This document shows positions 12,913 through 35,281 of a DNA stretch of 64,000 bases, piece after piece. The number at the start of each line of letters is the position of its first letter. The first letter of the stretch is position 1. The notes under the pieces are model-generated. The model did no database searches. It saw only the letters and a list, made by a program, of their open reading frames with translations, and had not been told where the DNA came from. Source of the stretch: Macrostomum lignano (Eukaryota). The position numbers were made by a program, and so were the translations under genes. The stretch spans positions 62,001 to 126,000 of the forward strand of contig NIVC01000124.1 of NCBI GenBank assembly GCA_002269645.1. Direction: 5' to 3'.

Positions 12913-14329
12913 CTTATTTGGCATATAAATAGGAATCATACTAGGCCTAGCGCCTAGACTTGCCCAAAACTGGGATCCCAGTATTCATTACTGGAATTTT
13001 GCCAATACTGGTTTTGAATACCAGTATTCATTAGTTTTTTCATAGTGTGGCTTCCAAATTTGAAGAAAGTCAAATTTTATTGCATTTTTCCTATTATTTT
13101 TATATTGCCTATCTTTTGAAAGCATTAGGCCTATAAATCATTTATTAAATCATCTTGACTTTTAAATCCAATCAATTTTTAGTCATAGTAATTATTTGTA
13201 TAGTAGTTATCATTTTGGTAGCATTTTTTCTAGCCTTACCTTATTGATTGCTTGCCTTATCATATTTGCCTTAATATAGGCCTAGCTATATTTGTTAAAT
13301 TAGATTTGTTAGATTACAAAAAAGTATGTATCTTCTACTTATAGTTATAGTTTCAATTTTATTTTCCTTATTAAGTGGTTAAATATATTGCCTTGCTTTA
13401 TTATGCTTACTATATGTGTACTATTGCTTAAATTTTGTTAATAATTGTCTGCCATATTTAGTAAAATTACTATAAATATAAACAAATATATAAATTTTAG
13501 AAAAATTTTGAAAGTGTGCCGGACACTGTCTGCAGTTTTACAACTTTTTCCTATACAGCTAGGCCCTAATGGTTAATAGTAGGCTACTGGGCCTAGGCCT
13601 ATTAATATTGCAATTTCAAAGAAAAGAAATAGCTTGATTGCCTTGAATTAAATAGTGAAATAAATTCTTATTTTTTCTTTTTAACCATTGAGCTAGACCA
13701 ATAAGTTCTTGAATCATCTATTTTAGTGTTATTGAAATAATTAAATACAATATAAACTAGGCCTATGGATTGCTTAACTCTAGCCTGCTATGTGGCCTAC
13801 AAAACATCTCTGCCTCTCAGTTCCTTTAAAACTTCACAATAATAACTTCAATAGAAACTTTTAAGGTTGGATCTTTTTCAGATCTTTTTCTCTTCTTTCC
13901 CTTCTCATCTTCTCTTTTATTGTCTATCTTTTAATCCCATCTCCAACATCCTATCTTCTCTTGCTTTCTATTTTTTCTGTTTTCCACTCCCAACTGACCT
14001 GCAGCCATGAGCTAGATTCTTTATCTAGCCCTAGAAGTAAAAATCTTTTTAACCCCTGATCTAAAGATAGGTAGTGCAAGTGATATAATTCACTAGGCCT
14101 AGCTCATTGCTAATTTATTTATTAGTTAATTAGTTGCCATTCAAACTAAGAGAAGGCAAAAATTAATAAGTTCTAAATACTTGGCTAGCCAATAAGCTTG
14201 CAAAAAAATGGATAGGAAATTTAGTAATTTTTGCTTGACAAGATTTACTTCAACTGTTTCTACTTTGAGTAGTCTACAAAGTAAATAAATCACCTTACCA
14301 CAATTTAAATTACTCTATTACAGTTAGTC

Positions 14330-15127
14330 ATGCCTCTAGCCAGAGATCTGTTGCACCCATCTCTCAGTCAGGAGAAGCGAAAGCACAAGAAAAAGCGTCT
14401 GGTTCAGTCACCAAATTCCTGTTTTATGGATGTGAAGTGTGCAGGTAAAAATATTCAAATTGTTTAGTGTAATATAGCTATAATTTCAGTGTGTCTAAAT
14501 TTGAAACGCCATTGATAATTAACCAGATCTTCTGGCTGGCTAAGACTGTCTAATATCGCCTCAGACAGATGTTCAGACTGTCTAAAAATCACCTCGGACA
14601 GATCTTCAGGCTGGCTAAAAATCACCTCAGACAGATCTTCAGGCTGGCTAAAAATCACCTCGGACAGATCTTCACTGTCTAAAAATCACCTCCGACAGAT
14701 CTTCAGGCTGGCTAAAAATCACCTCAGACAGATCCTCACTGTCTAAAAATCACCTCCGACAGATCTTCAGGCTGGCTAAAAATCACCTCAGACAGATCTT
14801 CAGGCTGGCTAAAAATCACCTCAGACAGATCTTCAGACTGTCTAAAAATCACCTCAGACAGATCTTCAGGCTGGCTAAAAATCACCTCAGACAGATCCTC
14901 AGACTGGCTAAAAATCACCTCAGACAGATCTTTAGACTAAAATTTAACAATGCAAAATGTTCCCTAATCTGATCCTATAACCCTCAGGCTGCCTGAAGAT
15001 CACCACCGTGTTCTCGCACGCACAGACTGTTGTGGTGTGTGCCGGATGCAGCACCATCCTCAGCCAGCCTACTGGTGGCAAAGCTCGCCTCACCGAGGGC
15101 TGCTCGTTTCGTAATAAAAGCTACTGA
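14330..15127 (+). CDS. RPS27: 40S ribosomal protein S27 (eS27); exons 14330-14444 and 14988-15127; 84 aa
   Basis: Spliced translation [88 protein letters not shown] intron. All four Zn-finger cysteines are retained. Missed by the ORF track. Confidence 0.97.
14555..14937. repeat. 33-bp minisatellite inside the RPS27 intron
   Basis: ctaaaaatcacctcagacagatcttcaggctgg tandem copies. Confidence 0.92.
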
Positions 15128-15147
15128 ATTGCTGAATTTAACCTTGC

Positions 15148-18100
15148 CACTCTTCCCCTGAAGTAGGATATTGGTCCATGAAATATACCAAGAAAGCGGT
15201 TTGTTTCCCATAGATCTGTGTCCTTATAGTAGCCTAAAACAATGTTCACTGAAATCCTATTGCATTGTCTGTACACCGTACAGGTATATTAATTAGTCCA
15301 GTACTAGCTGGCTGTTATAGTTAGTATTTACTTCACACTAGGGCCTCTGAATTGAATATTTATAGTAAAATTCAGACATGGATATGCAGTTAAATACTTC
15401 AATAGATTCAATCCATTCGCACCTGCATATATCAACATTTGCACCTGTGTAATAACTACCTTTATATGCACCTTGACACCTGTAATTTTTTTACCGTAAG
15501 TGCGAAACTGCCGTAACTGCGAAAAAATCCATATAATAGATGGGCAAGGGGTAAAAACTATATATTCTACAGCTGTCACTTCAAAAAGCTAAAAGCACAA
15601 CAGACTTTGTTTGTCAATCAAGATTTTCAAGCCTTGTCAGTGGTAGGCTTATGAGAAGGAAAATTTTAAATCGATCTCTTCCATAGACATTTGATTTTGT
15701 TTCACAAGTTTTTGTTGGTATGTACACTGGTGTTGAGGGTTTGGCCATAGACAAAAGTCTTGAGGAGATGAGCTGACTGTCAGTGTGAAATTTATGCCTT
15801 TATATTTTTTGGCTTTCATTGCTTCTCAAAATGCCTAACAGTAGGCGAACACACGAAGAAAGTCGAAACAGTGTGTGCATTTTATGCTTTCGCAAGGGTG
15901 ACCGACAATTGACTGTAAGTCTGGAAGCCTTAATCGAGTGCTATGTCCTGCCTGGATTTGCTCAACACCGAGCATTTCTGCCGTCAGGTATCTGCAACTC
16001 CTGCCGGATCAAGTTGTCATCGCAGAACAGTGCAGCACCAGCACCTCTTCCGCCTCGCTTGCCATACGAAAAAGTAATAGATGATCTGCGCTACCTTCCA
16101 CCACTCACTCGTGAACGTCCTGAGTGTAGCTGCTGGATCTGCAATGTCGCCTCCAGCAGGGCTAACAAGAACGTGAATGTAGCGCACCCCTACATGTCAG
16201 ATGAGTTCAATTCAGGGGTAGCAACTCCACTTGGCCGTCCTCTGAACTGTGCACCTGGATCCGTGAAAGACAGCGTCAAACATTGCGGCACATGCTCGTC
16301 ACCAGTGGCGCGGGGAGTGCGACATGAATGTGGACAAGCCGCAAAGCTGCGCTACCTCAGCACCTTGAGTCCAAGTTCAATGGAGCATGTAGCCTGCAGT
16401 TTTCTCCGCAAAAAACTAAACGCAGCAGACGTGTCTTCTTCCGGAGATGCTGCAACAGCTAGTCTGTCTTCTGGTTTCGGTGGGCATCCAATCCAAGTCC
16501 AAGCTGTTGACACATCAACCAGCCATGTCCCACAAATGTTGCACAGCACAATGAGGGCCATGAAAACTGCCTTGAACCTAAGCACCAACCAGACCATTCA
16601 AGCTGCGCAAGTGATAAGAGAGGCGTCTGGCAACAGAAAAGCAATTCAACCTGGATTGAAGGAGTTCCTGTTTTCTGAAGGCCAGAGTGTCGCTCATTTC
16701 TTTGCTGTGGAGCAGCTCCAGTTCATCTGCAAGCAACCATCTGGGCAAGTAATTTCAATTGATCGTTCAGCTGTGTTCTGTTGCAATGTGAGTGAGTTCT
16801 TGGCTTATGTTTGCAGTTTGAGAGGCATGGCTGAGATGGAACATCGTCTCAAGCTTGGAATTGATGGTGGAGGGAATTCATTGAAGATTTGCATCAGCGT
16901 TACTGATAGTGATGGGCTCCTGGCACAAGCTTCAATGCCTGGGCCATCCAATAGATTTCTCAACTCGGGGGTTAAAAAGCTTTTCGTCCTGGCCATCGTA
17001 GAGGATGTCAAAGAGTGTTACGAGAATGTCAAAACTCTATTATCCACCATGGACATCAGTTCCTTCCTATTCACTTTGGCCTGTGACTTCAAGCTAGCCA
17101 ACATCATCTGTGGCATTCAAAGCCATGCTTCGACGCATCCTTGCCTTTACTGCGAGGGCAAGTCTCCATGGACCACTCCAGCACCAAGCAGAACACTTGG
17201 CTCAGTGAGGCGGCTGGCAAACGAGTTTCAGTTGGCCGGCGGACATCAGCCTGCTGCCAAACACTTTGCCAACTGTGTTCAGTCTCCACTGCTGCCTGGA
17301 CTGGATTCCACTGAACTGATTGAGTTGGTGCCACCACCTGAGCTGCACATTATGCTTGGCATTGTGAACCGTTTGCTGGATGAGCTCAACAACCGATGGG
17401 GCAATGATATGGCCTACAAGTGGGCCCATGGAGCAGGGATCTGTCGTCAGCAGTATCATGGAGGTTGCTTGGAAGGTCCAGCATGCAAGAAGCTGCTTCT
17501 AAAGGCTGGCGAGCTATGGAACATTTTACCTGCGCACCTGAAAATGTTTGCCGTTGCACTTCAGGATTTCAATGCAATTCGGCTAGCCTGCTTTGGCCAA
17601 ACTCTTGCCAATGACTTTGCTTTGCATATTGCTCGATTTCAGACGACATGCCAGTTCCTCCAGCTAAATGTGACACCCAAGATGCATGCACTATTCCACC
17701 ATGTGCCAACATTCTGTTCAAAGTCTGGCAAGGCATTGGGGAGCTTTAGTGAGCAGACAGTGGAGTCAGCTCACAGTGATTTCGAGGCCACCTGGCAAAG
17801 ATATCGGCGCCCTTTCAATCATCCACAGTACGCCGCAAACCTTCTTCAGGCTGTTGTGAACTATAATTCGTTTCATATTTGAACTTCTAACGTTATGGTT
17901 TGATCAACTGGACATAAACTGACTGACCTTGCCTGATTTATTTGTTTCTTCAATAGTGAGTTGCTAGTCTGTTTTAGTTGTATTGTATGGTTCTTTGTAT
18001 TGTATTGTCTTTTGTATGGTTCTATTTCTGGTTTCTATTTCTAAACAATGTTCTATTCAGCAACATCTTTCGTATACATTCAGAATACAAGCAACTTTTT

Positions 18101-18504
18101 AGACTTACTTATTATATCACTTTCAATCACTGTGAATTTTTTCGCAGTACTTACGGTAGAAAAAAATTGAAGGTGTCAAGGTGCATATAAAGGTAGTTAT
18201 TACACAGGTGCAAATGTTGATGTATGCAGGTGCGAATGGATTGAATCTATTGAAGTGTTTAACTGCATATCCATGTCTGAATTTTACTATAAATGTTCAA
18301 TTCAGAGGCCCTAGTGTGAAGTGAATACTAACTATAACAGCCAGCTAGTACTGGACTAATTGATATGCCTGTACGGTGTACAGACAGTGCGATAGGATTT
18401 CAGTGAACATTGTTTTGGGCTACTATAAGGACACAGATCCATGGGAAACAAACCGCTTTCTTGGTGTATTTCATGGACCGGTATCCTACTTCAGGGGAAG
18501 AGTG
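15148..18504 (+). mobile_element. Complete autonomous DNA transposon, Chapaev-like (CMC / Transib-RAG1-related), 3,357 bp
   Basis: Ends 5'-CACTCTTCCCCTGAAGTAGG...CCTACTTCAGGGGAAGAGTG-3'. 4-bp TSD TTGC at 15144-15147 and 18505-18508. TIRs of ~370 bp (about 15148-15530 and 18135-18504), 96% identical over the first 333 bp. One intact internal ORF. Confidence 0.9.
15831..17882 (+). CDS. Chapaev/RAG1-core-like DDE transposase, 683 aa from first ATG
   Basis: N-terminal H-x7-C-x2-C...C-x2-C...CxCxxC zinc-binding region (Chapa-like). Putative catalytic D (KLGIDGGG), D (LACDFK) and E (SEQTVESAH). CxxC (HPCLYC) plus H-x4-H (KMHALFHH) resemble the RAG1/Transib ZnB site. No stops or frameshifts. Confidence 0.88.
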   Translation: MPNSRRTHEESRNSVCILCFRKGDRQLTVSLEALIECYVLPGFAQHRAFLPSGICNSCRIKLSSQNSAAPAPLPPRLPYEKVIDDLRYLPPLTRERPECSCWICNVASSRANKNVNVAHPYMSDEFNSGVATPLGRPLNCAPGSVKDSVKHCGTCSSPVARGVRHECGQAAKLRYLSTLSPSSMEHVACSFLRKKLNAADVSSSGDAATASLSSGFGGHPIQVQAVDTSTSHVPQMLHSTMRAMKTALNLSTNQTIQAAQVIREASGNRKAIQPGLKEFLFSEGQSVAHFFAVEQLQFICKQPSGQVISIDRSAVFCCNVSEFLAYVCSLRGMAEMEHRLKLGIDGGGNSLKICISVTDSDGLLAQASMPGPSNRFLNSGVKKLFVLAIVEDVKECYENVKTLLSTMDISSFLFTLACDFKLANIICGIQSHASTHPCLYCEGKSPWTTPAPSRTLGSVRRLANEFQLAGGHQPAAKHFANCVQSPLLPGLDSTELIELVPPPELHIMLGIVNRLLDELNNRWGNDMAYKWAHGAGICRQQYHGGCLEGPACKKLLLKAGELWNILPAHLKMFAVALQDFNAIRLACFGQTLANDFALHIARFQTTCQFLQLNVTPKMHALFHHVPTFCSKSGKALGSFSEQTVESAHSDFEATWQRYRRPFNHPQYAANLLQAVVNYNSFHI

Positions 18505-18541
18505 TTGCCTGAGTCCTGTAGCTGGTCTGTTTTTGTGATTA

Positions 18542-18548
18542 AATAAAA
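18542..18548 (+). promoter_or_regulatory. AATAAA poly(A) signal, probably the original RPS27 signal displaced by the transposon
   Basis: AATAAA about 35 bp after the right TSD. Removing the element puts it about 60 bp downstream of the RPS27 stop. Confidence 0.55.
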
Positions 18549-18717
18549 TATTTAAACAATTTGTGGAAAGAAAAGGCAAATAATGAGCTCGTGATAATTC
18601 TTTTGATGATCTTTTTTATTTTTCTTTATAATATCTTTATAATTTCTTTATAATATATTATCTTGTACTGGTTCATAAAATTTCCTATGTACGCGTAGTG
18701 TAATCGTTACAAGTGAA

Positions 18718-20096
18718 GTGATTTCCGGATCTTGTACAAACTGCTGAGATTACTGGATCTTGTACAAACTGCTGAGATTTCTGGATCTTGTACAAACTGC
18801 TGAGATTTCCGGATATTGTACAAACTGCTGAGATTTCCGGATATTGTACAAACTGCTGAGATTACTGGATCTTGTACAAACTGCTGAGATTACTGGATCT
18901 TGTACAAACTGCTGAGATTTCCGGATATTGTACAAACTGCTGAGATTTCCGGATATTGTACAAACTGCTGAGATTACTGGATCTTGTACAAACTGCTGAG
19001 ATTACTGGATCTTGTACAAACTGCTGAGATTTCTGGATCTTGTACAAACTGCTGAGATTTCCGGATATTGTACAAACTGCTGAGATTTCTGGATCTTGTA
19101 CAAACTGCTGAGATTTCCGGATATTGTACAAACTGCTGAGATTACTGGATCTTGTACAAACTGCTGAGATTACTGGATCTTGTACAAACTGCTGAGATTA
19201 CTGGATCTTGTACAAACTGCTGAGATTACTGGATCTTGTACAAACTGCTGAGATTACTGGATCTTGTACAAACTGCTGAGATTACTGGATCTTGTACAAA
19301 CTGCTGAGATTACTGGATCTTGTACAAACTGCTGAGATTACTGGATCTTGTACAAACTGCTGAGATTACTGGATCTTGTACAAACTGCTGAGATTACTGG
19401 ATCTTGTACAAACTGCTGAGAATACTGGATCTTGTACAAACTGCTGAGATTACTGGATCTTGTACAAACTGCTGAGATTACTGGATCTTGTACAAACTGC
19501 TGAGATTACTGGATCTTGTACAAACTGCTGAGATTTCTGGATCTTGTACAAACTGCTGAGATTACTGGATCTTGTACAAACTGCTGAGATTTCTGGATCT
19601 TGTGCAAACTGCTGAGATTTCTGGATCTTGTACAAACTGCTGAGATTTCTGGATCTTGTACAAACTGCTGAGATTTCTGGATCTTGTACAAACTTCTGAG
19701 ATTACTGGATCTTGTACAAACTGCTGAGATTTCTGGATCTTGTGCAAACTGCTGAGATTTCTGGATCTTGTACAAACTGCTGAGATTTCTGGATCTTGTA
19801 CAAACTGCTGAGATTTCTGGATCTTGTACAAACTGCTGAGATTTCTGGATCTTGTACAAACTGCTGAGATTTCTGGATCTTGTGCAAACTGCTGAGATTT
19901 CTGGATCTTGTACAAACTGCTGAGATTACTGGATCTTGTACAAACTGCTGAGATTACTGGATCTTGTACAAACTTCTGAGATTTCTGGATCTTGTACAAA
20001 CTTCTGAGATTACTGGATCTTGCACAAACTGCTGAGATTACTGGATCTTGCACAAACTTCTGAGATTACTGGATCTTGTACAAACTGCTGAGATTT
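18718..20096. repeat. 28-bp minisatellite (ggatcttgtacaaactgctgagattact)
   Basis: About 49 tandem units at 28-bp spacing. Confidence 0.97.
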
Positions 20097-20774
20097 AAAT
20101 ATCCTTTTTGTTGGACGAACTTTTTTGGCAGTCCAGATTATATAGGGATCTTGTACGTTACATGTACACCGCTGAGATTTCGGGATGTTTGTACTGCTAA
20201 GCCAAGATCTTTGGGGAACCTCGCATTCCTACAACACAAACTCGTACGTTGTTACTTATTCAGAGATTATTATTATGATGCAAGATACACTAGACTAGAG
20301 TATTGGATATTTTTCCTAAGAGTATCGAACTGTTGAGCTACAATAGTAAGTTTATTTAATAATAATAAACTAATTATAGTAGTATCTGTTGCATGCACTC
20401 AGATCAGCTAGGTAAATCGCCGGCCATCATATACACTTGAAATATCTATGATCGTTTACTTGTGCTTACTTTTTCCAATTTGCCTCCGGTATAGCTAGTG
20501 AATTCGTACAGACTAAAGTTAGTATATCAGTTTACTGTTTACTGATACTGCATGTATACAGTAGCCACAGGGAAAATGTTCAAATATTTGCATTACTGTA
20601 TATACCGTGACCTGTCGGCTCAGGTCGTGGTAGATGAGAGAGTGATTTGGATTAGGGTCAGGTGTACTTTGAATATAAAGATTCAGATTGTTTCTAGATA
20701 TATCATTTTGCATAGTTGGCATTTCTGCAGGCTATTGCAGACACTGTGGTCTCTAATGAGTCATATAATGGCGC

Positions 20775-20970
20775 GAGAGTGACTTTAAATGAGCTAAAAT
20801 GAGGATCATATTCGCGCTGAATTGCTTTGAGTCAGCCAAACTGAATCATAATGGCGTTGAATATGACTTTGAATGAGCCAAACTGAATCATAATGGCGTT
20901 GAATGACTTTGAATGAGCCAAAATGGGTCATAATGGCGTTGAATGACTTTGAGTCAGCCAAACTGAACCA
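20775..20970. repeat. Short ~41-bp tandem repeat (actgaatcataatggcgttgaatgactttgaatgagccaaa)
   Basis: 3-4 imperfect copies. Confidence 0.7.
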
Positions 20971-21352
20971 TATTAACCAAGCTTGCATAAGGCGTTTAGA
21001 GTGTGGTGCACTGGTAGCTTGTACATGTATTATAACCGGTTGCGGTAACAAGGAATTATATTTTTTTAAGAAAGCTCGATTGAATTTTACGCACCTGCAT
21101 CATGATATTGCGACTCTAAGTAATATACATGTAAGTAAAACATTCGTATGAAGCTCATATCCCTAAAATCTCAGTTAGACATCCAATTGGTTGCAAATGA
21201 AACAATGCTGATTGGCCAGTGCGTAGAAATGCATGCAAATATTTTTTCAGTATAGTGTCTTTATGTTTGGATCGAATCTGTCTTTTCTACTGCACACTGC
21301 TATATCTAAACTGTACATCTGCCACTATGTTCCTGTGCCGATTGTGCTCCAG

Positions 21353-32220
<10,868 letters not shown>

Positions 32221-32389
32221 AGGACGGAATTGATGGACAGTCTTTAACAGAATATTGACTTATGTTGTGATGCCGCTTGCTATGGAAAATTATGTTTCAG
32301 CTTTGGCTCTCCAATTTTGTAAACAAATCTTTTACATGAAGCTTTTAGAAATCGTGCAGGTAAGAGGCGAGTCAAGGGGAAGGCAGACG

Positions 32390-32892
32390 AGGGTTAGGGT
32401 GAGGGAGAGACAGAGGGGAAGGCAGAGGAGAGGGAGAGACAGAGGGGAAGGCAGAGGAGAGGGAGAGACAGAGGGGAAGGCAGAGGAGAGGGAGAGACAG
32501 AGGGAAAAACAGAGGAGAGGGAGAGACAGAGGGGAAGGCAGAGGAGAGGGAGAGACAGAGGGGAAGGCAGAGGAGAGGGAGAGACAGAGGGAAAAACAGA
32601 GGAGAGGGAGAGACAGAGGGGAAGGCAGAGGAGAGGGAAAGACAGAGGGGAAGGCAGAGGAGAGGGAGAGACAGAAGGGAAGGCAGAGGAGAGGGAGAGA
32701 CAGAAGGGAAGGCAGAGGAGAGGGAGAGACAGAGGGGAAGGCAGGGGAGAGGGTGAGACAGAGGGTGAAGGCAGGGGAGAGGATGAGACAGAGGGGGAAG
32801 GCAGGGGAGAGGGTGAGACAGAGGGTGAAGGCAGGGGAGAGGATGAGACAGAGGGGGAAGGCAGGGGAGAGGGTAAGACAGAGGGAAAGCAG
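32390..32892. repeat. 29-bp GA-rich minisatellite
   Basis: gggagagacagaggggaaggcagaggaga tandem copies. Confidence 0.93.
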
Positions 32893-33724
32893 AAAAGAAT
32901 GAAGCAGTAAATCAACCTATTTTGCTACACAATATTAATTTAATTAGCACGTAGTTACAACAGCCCAATTCTTGTCATATAAAATGTAACAACTCCTTCA
33001 AATTTGCTTTCTAATTGCTATTTGCCCTACTATCCTACTATCAATAGCAAAGAAGAGCTTTATATTAAAAACAATTTAAAACACATTAAATGCATACTGC
33101 TTCCGTTATGAAAATTTCGATCGATTTTCCTAGAAAAAGAAACTAAATTGAGGCAAGCATTAAAACAAATAAAATTGCAACAAACTTCACAATTGTTATT
33201 TCATCACTTGATATTACTCATTAAAAACCTTGTATTTTACACACATTTGTACAATAATTTCGATAACATTATATAATGTGCCAATTAATTAATATTAGTG
33301 ATCACAAACTGGAATATTATATGTATATACTACTTATATTCAAATGGAAGGCGTTCATAGAGCAGCATCAGACACACGGCATATTTATAATAATTGCAAA
33401 TATGTACACAGGTACATGGCCATAGCCTATTCGTAATGGAATGCCATTCAAACAGAAGGAAAAATTTGAGACATATTTTTGCACCTAAAATTCTTAACAA
33501 TGCGAAGAAGTCAAACATTTATAAGTGACGTTCAATAGGTAGACTAGCGCAGTCAGTTGCAAGCACAAATTATTTATTTAACTTGTTTTATACGTTTTTT
33601 ACCAATTCTAATTTTCAATTGCATTAATTCTGTCTAATGATTGTATTAACCATTTGAAGTAAAAAAACCTTACTATTGGTACCGAGTGGGTATTATAATT
33701 TACTTAAGAGAAAGACTTCAATGC

Positions 33725-34530
33725 TAGAGATAGATAATGAGAATTAGGGTGAGATAACCGGTGAGATAGATGGTGAGATAGATGGTGAGAATTAGGGTGA
33801 GATAACCGGTGAGATAGATGGTGAGATAGACGGTAAGAATTAGGGTGAGATAACCGATGAGATAGATGGTGAGATAGACGGTGAGAATTAGGGTGAGATA
33901 ACCGATGAGATAGATGGTGAGATAGACGGTAAGAATTAGGGTGAGATAACCGATGAGATAGATGGTGAGATAGACGGTGAGAATTAGGGTGAGATAACCG
34001 ATGAGATAGATGGTGAGATAGACGGTGAGAATTAGGGTGAGATAGATAGTGAGATGGACGGTGAGATAGACGGTGAGAATTAGGGTGAAATAGATAGTGA
34101 GATGGACGGTGAGATAGACGGTAAGAATTAGGGTGAGATAGATAGTGAGATGGACGGTGAGATAGACGGTGAGAATTAGGGGAGATTAGGGTGAGATAGA
34201 CGGTGAGAATTAATGTGAGATAGATAGTGAGATTAGGGTGAGATAGACGGTGAGAATTAGGGTGAGATAACCGGTGAGATAGATGGTGAGATAGACGGTG
34301 AGAATTAGGGTGAGATAGATAGTGAGATTAGGGTGAGATAGACGGTGAGAATTAGGGTGAGATAACCGGTGAGATAGATGGTGAGATAGACGGTGAGAAT
34401 TAGGGTGAGATAGATAGTGAGATTAGGGTGAGATAGACGGTGAGAATTAGGGTGAGATAACCGGTGAGATAGATGGTGAGAATTAGAGTGAGATAGACGG
34501 TGAGAATTAGGGTGAGACAGACGGTGAGAA
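33725..34530. repeat. Composite G-rich minisatellite (gagatagacggt / gagaattagggt subunits)
   Basis: Direct observation. Confidence 0.9.
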
Positions 34531-34849
34531 TAGCTTAGAACTTCATTAAACGTTGCAAGAAAAAGTAAAAATCAATCAGAGTTAAATCGCATTTTCAGTT
34601 CAAAACATTATCCTCAGAGGGTTACAAACTTTCAGCAACAGCTTTGCAAACTAAGAATTGCTTCGAGAGAGTTATGATCGCTTCGAAAGAATAAAAAACA
34701 GTTTAGTCATCCGAAAAAAAATATTTCGACAGGGAAACACGATTTCAATTAAAATCATAAAATTTCATGTCAATTTTTGCAGTTAATTTGTTAAAAATCA
34801 TGATTTATAGACGTGGTGTCAAAATTGAGTACCCAAGGACAATTTTTGG

Positions 34850-35145
34850 TTGATTATTTGAAGGCCGATTTGAAAGCTGATTATTTAAAAGCCGAATAGA
34901 AAGTTGATTATTTGAAGGCCGATTCGAAAGCTGATTATTTGAAGGCCGATTCGACATTTGATTTTTAGAAGGCCGAATAGAAAATTGATTATTTGAATCT
35001 GATTCGACTTTTGATTTTATAAGGCCGATTTGAAAGCTGATTATTTGAAGGCCGATTTGAAAGCTGATTATTTGAAGATTGATTTGAAAGCTCATTATTT
35101 GAAGATTGATTTGAAAGTTGATAATTTGAAAGCTGATTTGAAAAC
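34850..35145. repeat. Degenerate ~27-bp repeat (ttatttgaaggccgattcgaaagctga)
   Basis: Related to the 28-bp array at 37950-38830. Confidence 0.75.
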
Positions 35146-35281
35146 TTCGTTTTAACCTTGATTCTCCGAAGGCTAGTTTAAAGAAATTTTCGCAAACAAT
35201 ATTTAAAACTCTTGGAACTCAGTGACTACTTACAGTAGCTAAAATTAGATATTTATATACGAATTTAAAGCGGCATTAAAA

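Noticed and set aside
17883-18135. Search for a RAG2-like partner gene inside the transposon
   Set aside because: Only about 250 bp lie between the transposase stop and the right TIR, with no suitable ORF on either strand.
18718-20096. CRISPR-like appearance of 28-37-bp repeats (also 49121-50070 and 56258-57420)
   Set aside because: The units are contiguous with no unique spacers, there are no cas genes, and the context is eukaryotic.
33725-34530. TTAGGG hexamers suggesting interstitial telomere
   Set aside because: Single TTAGGG copies embedded in longer units, never in tandem.
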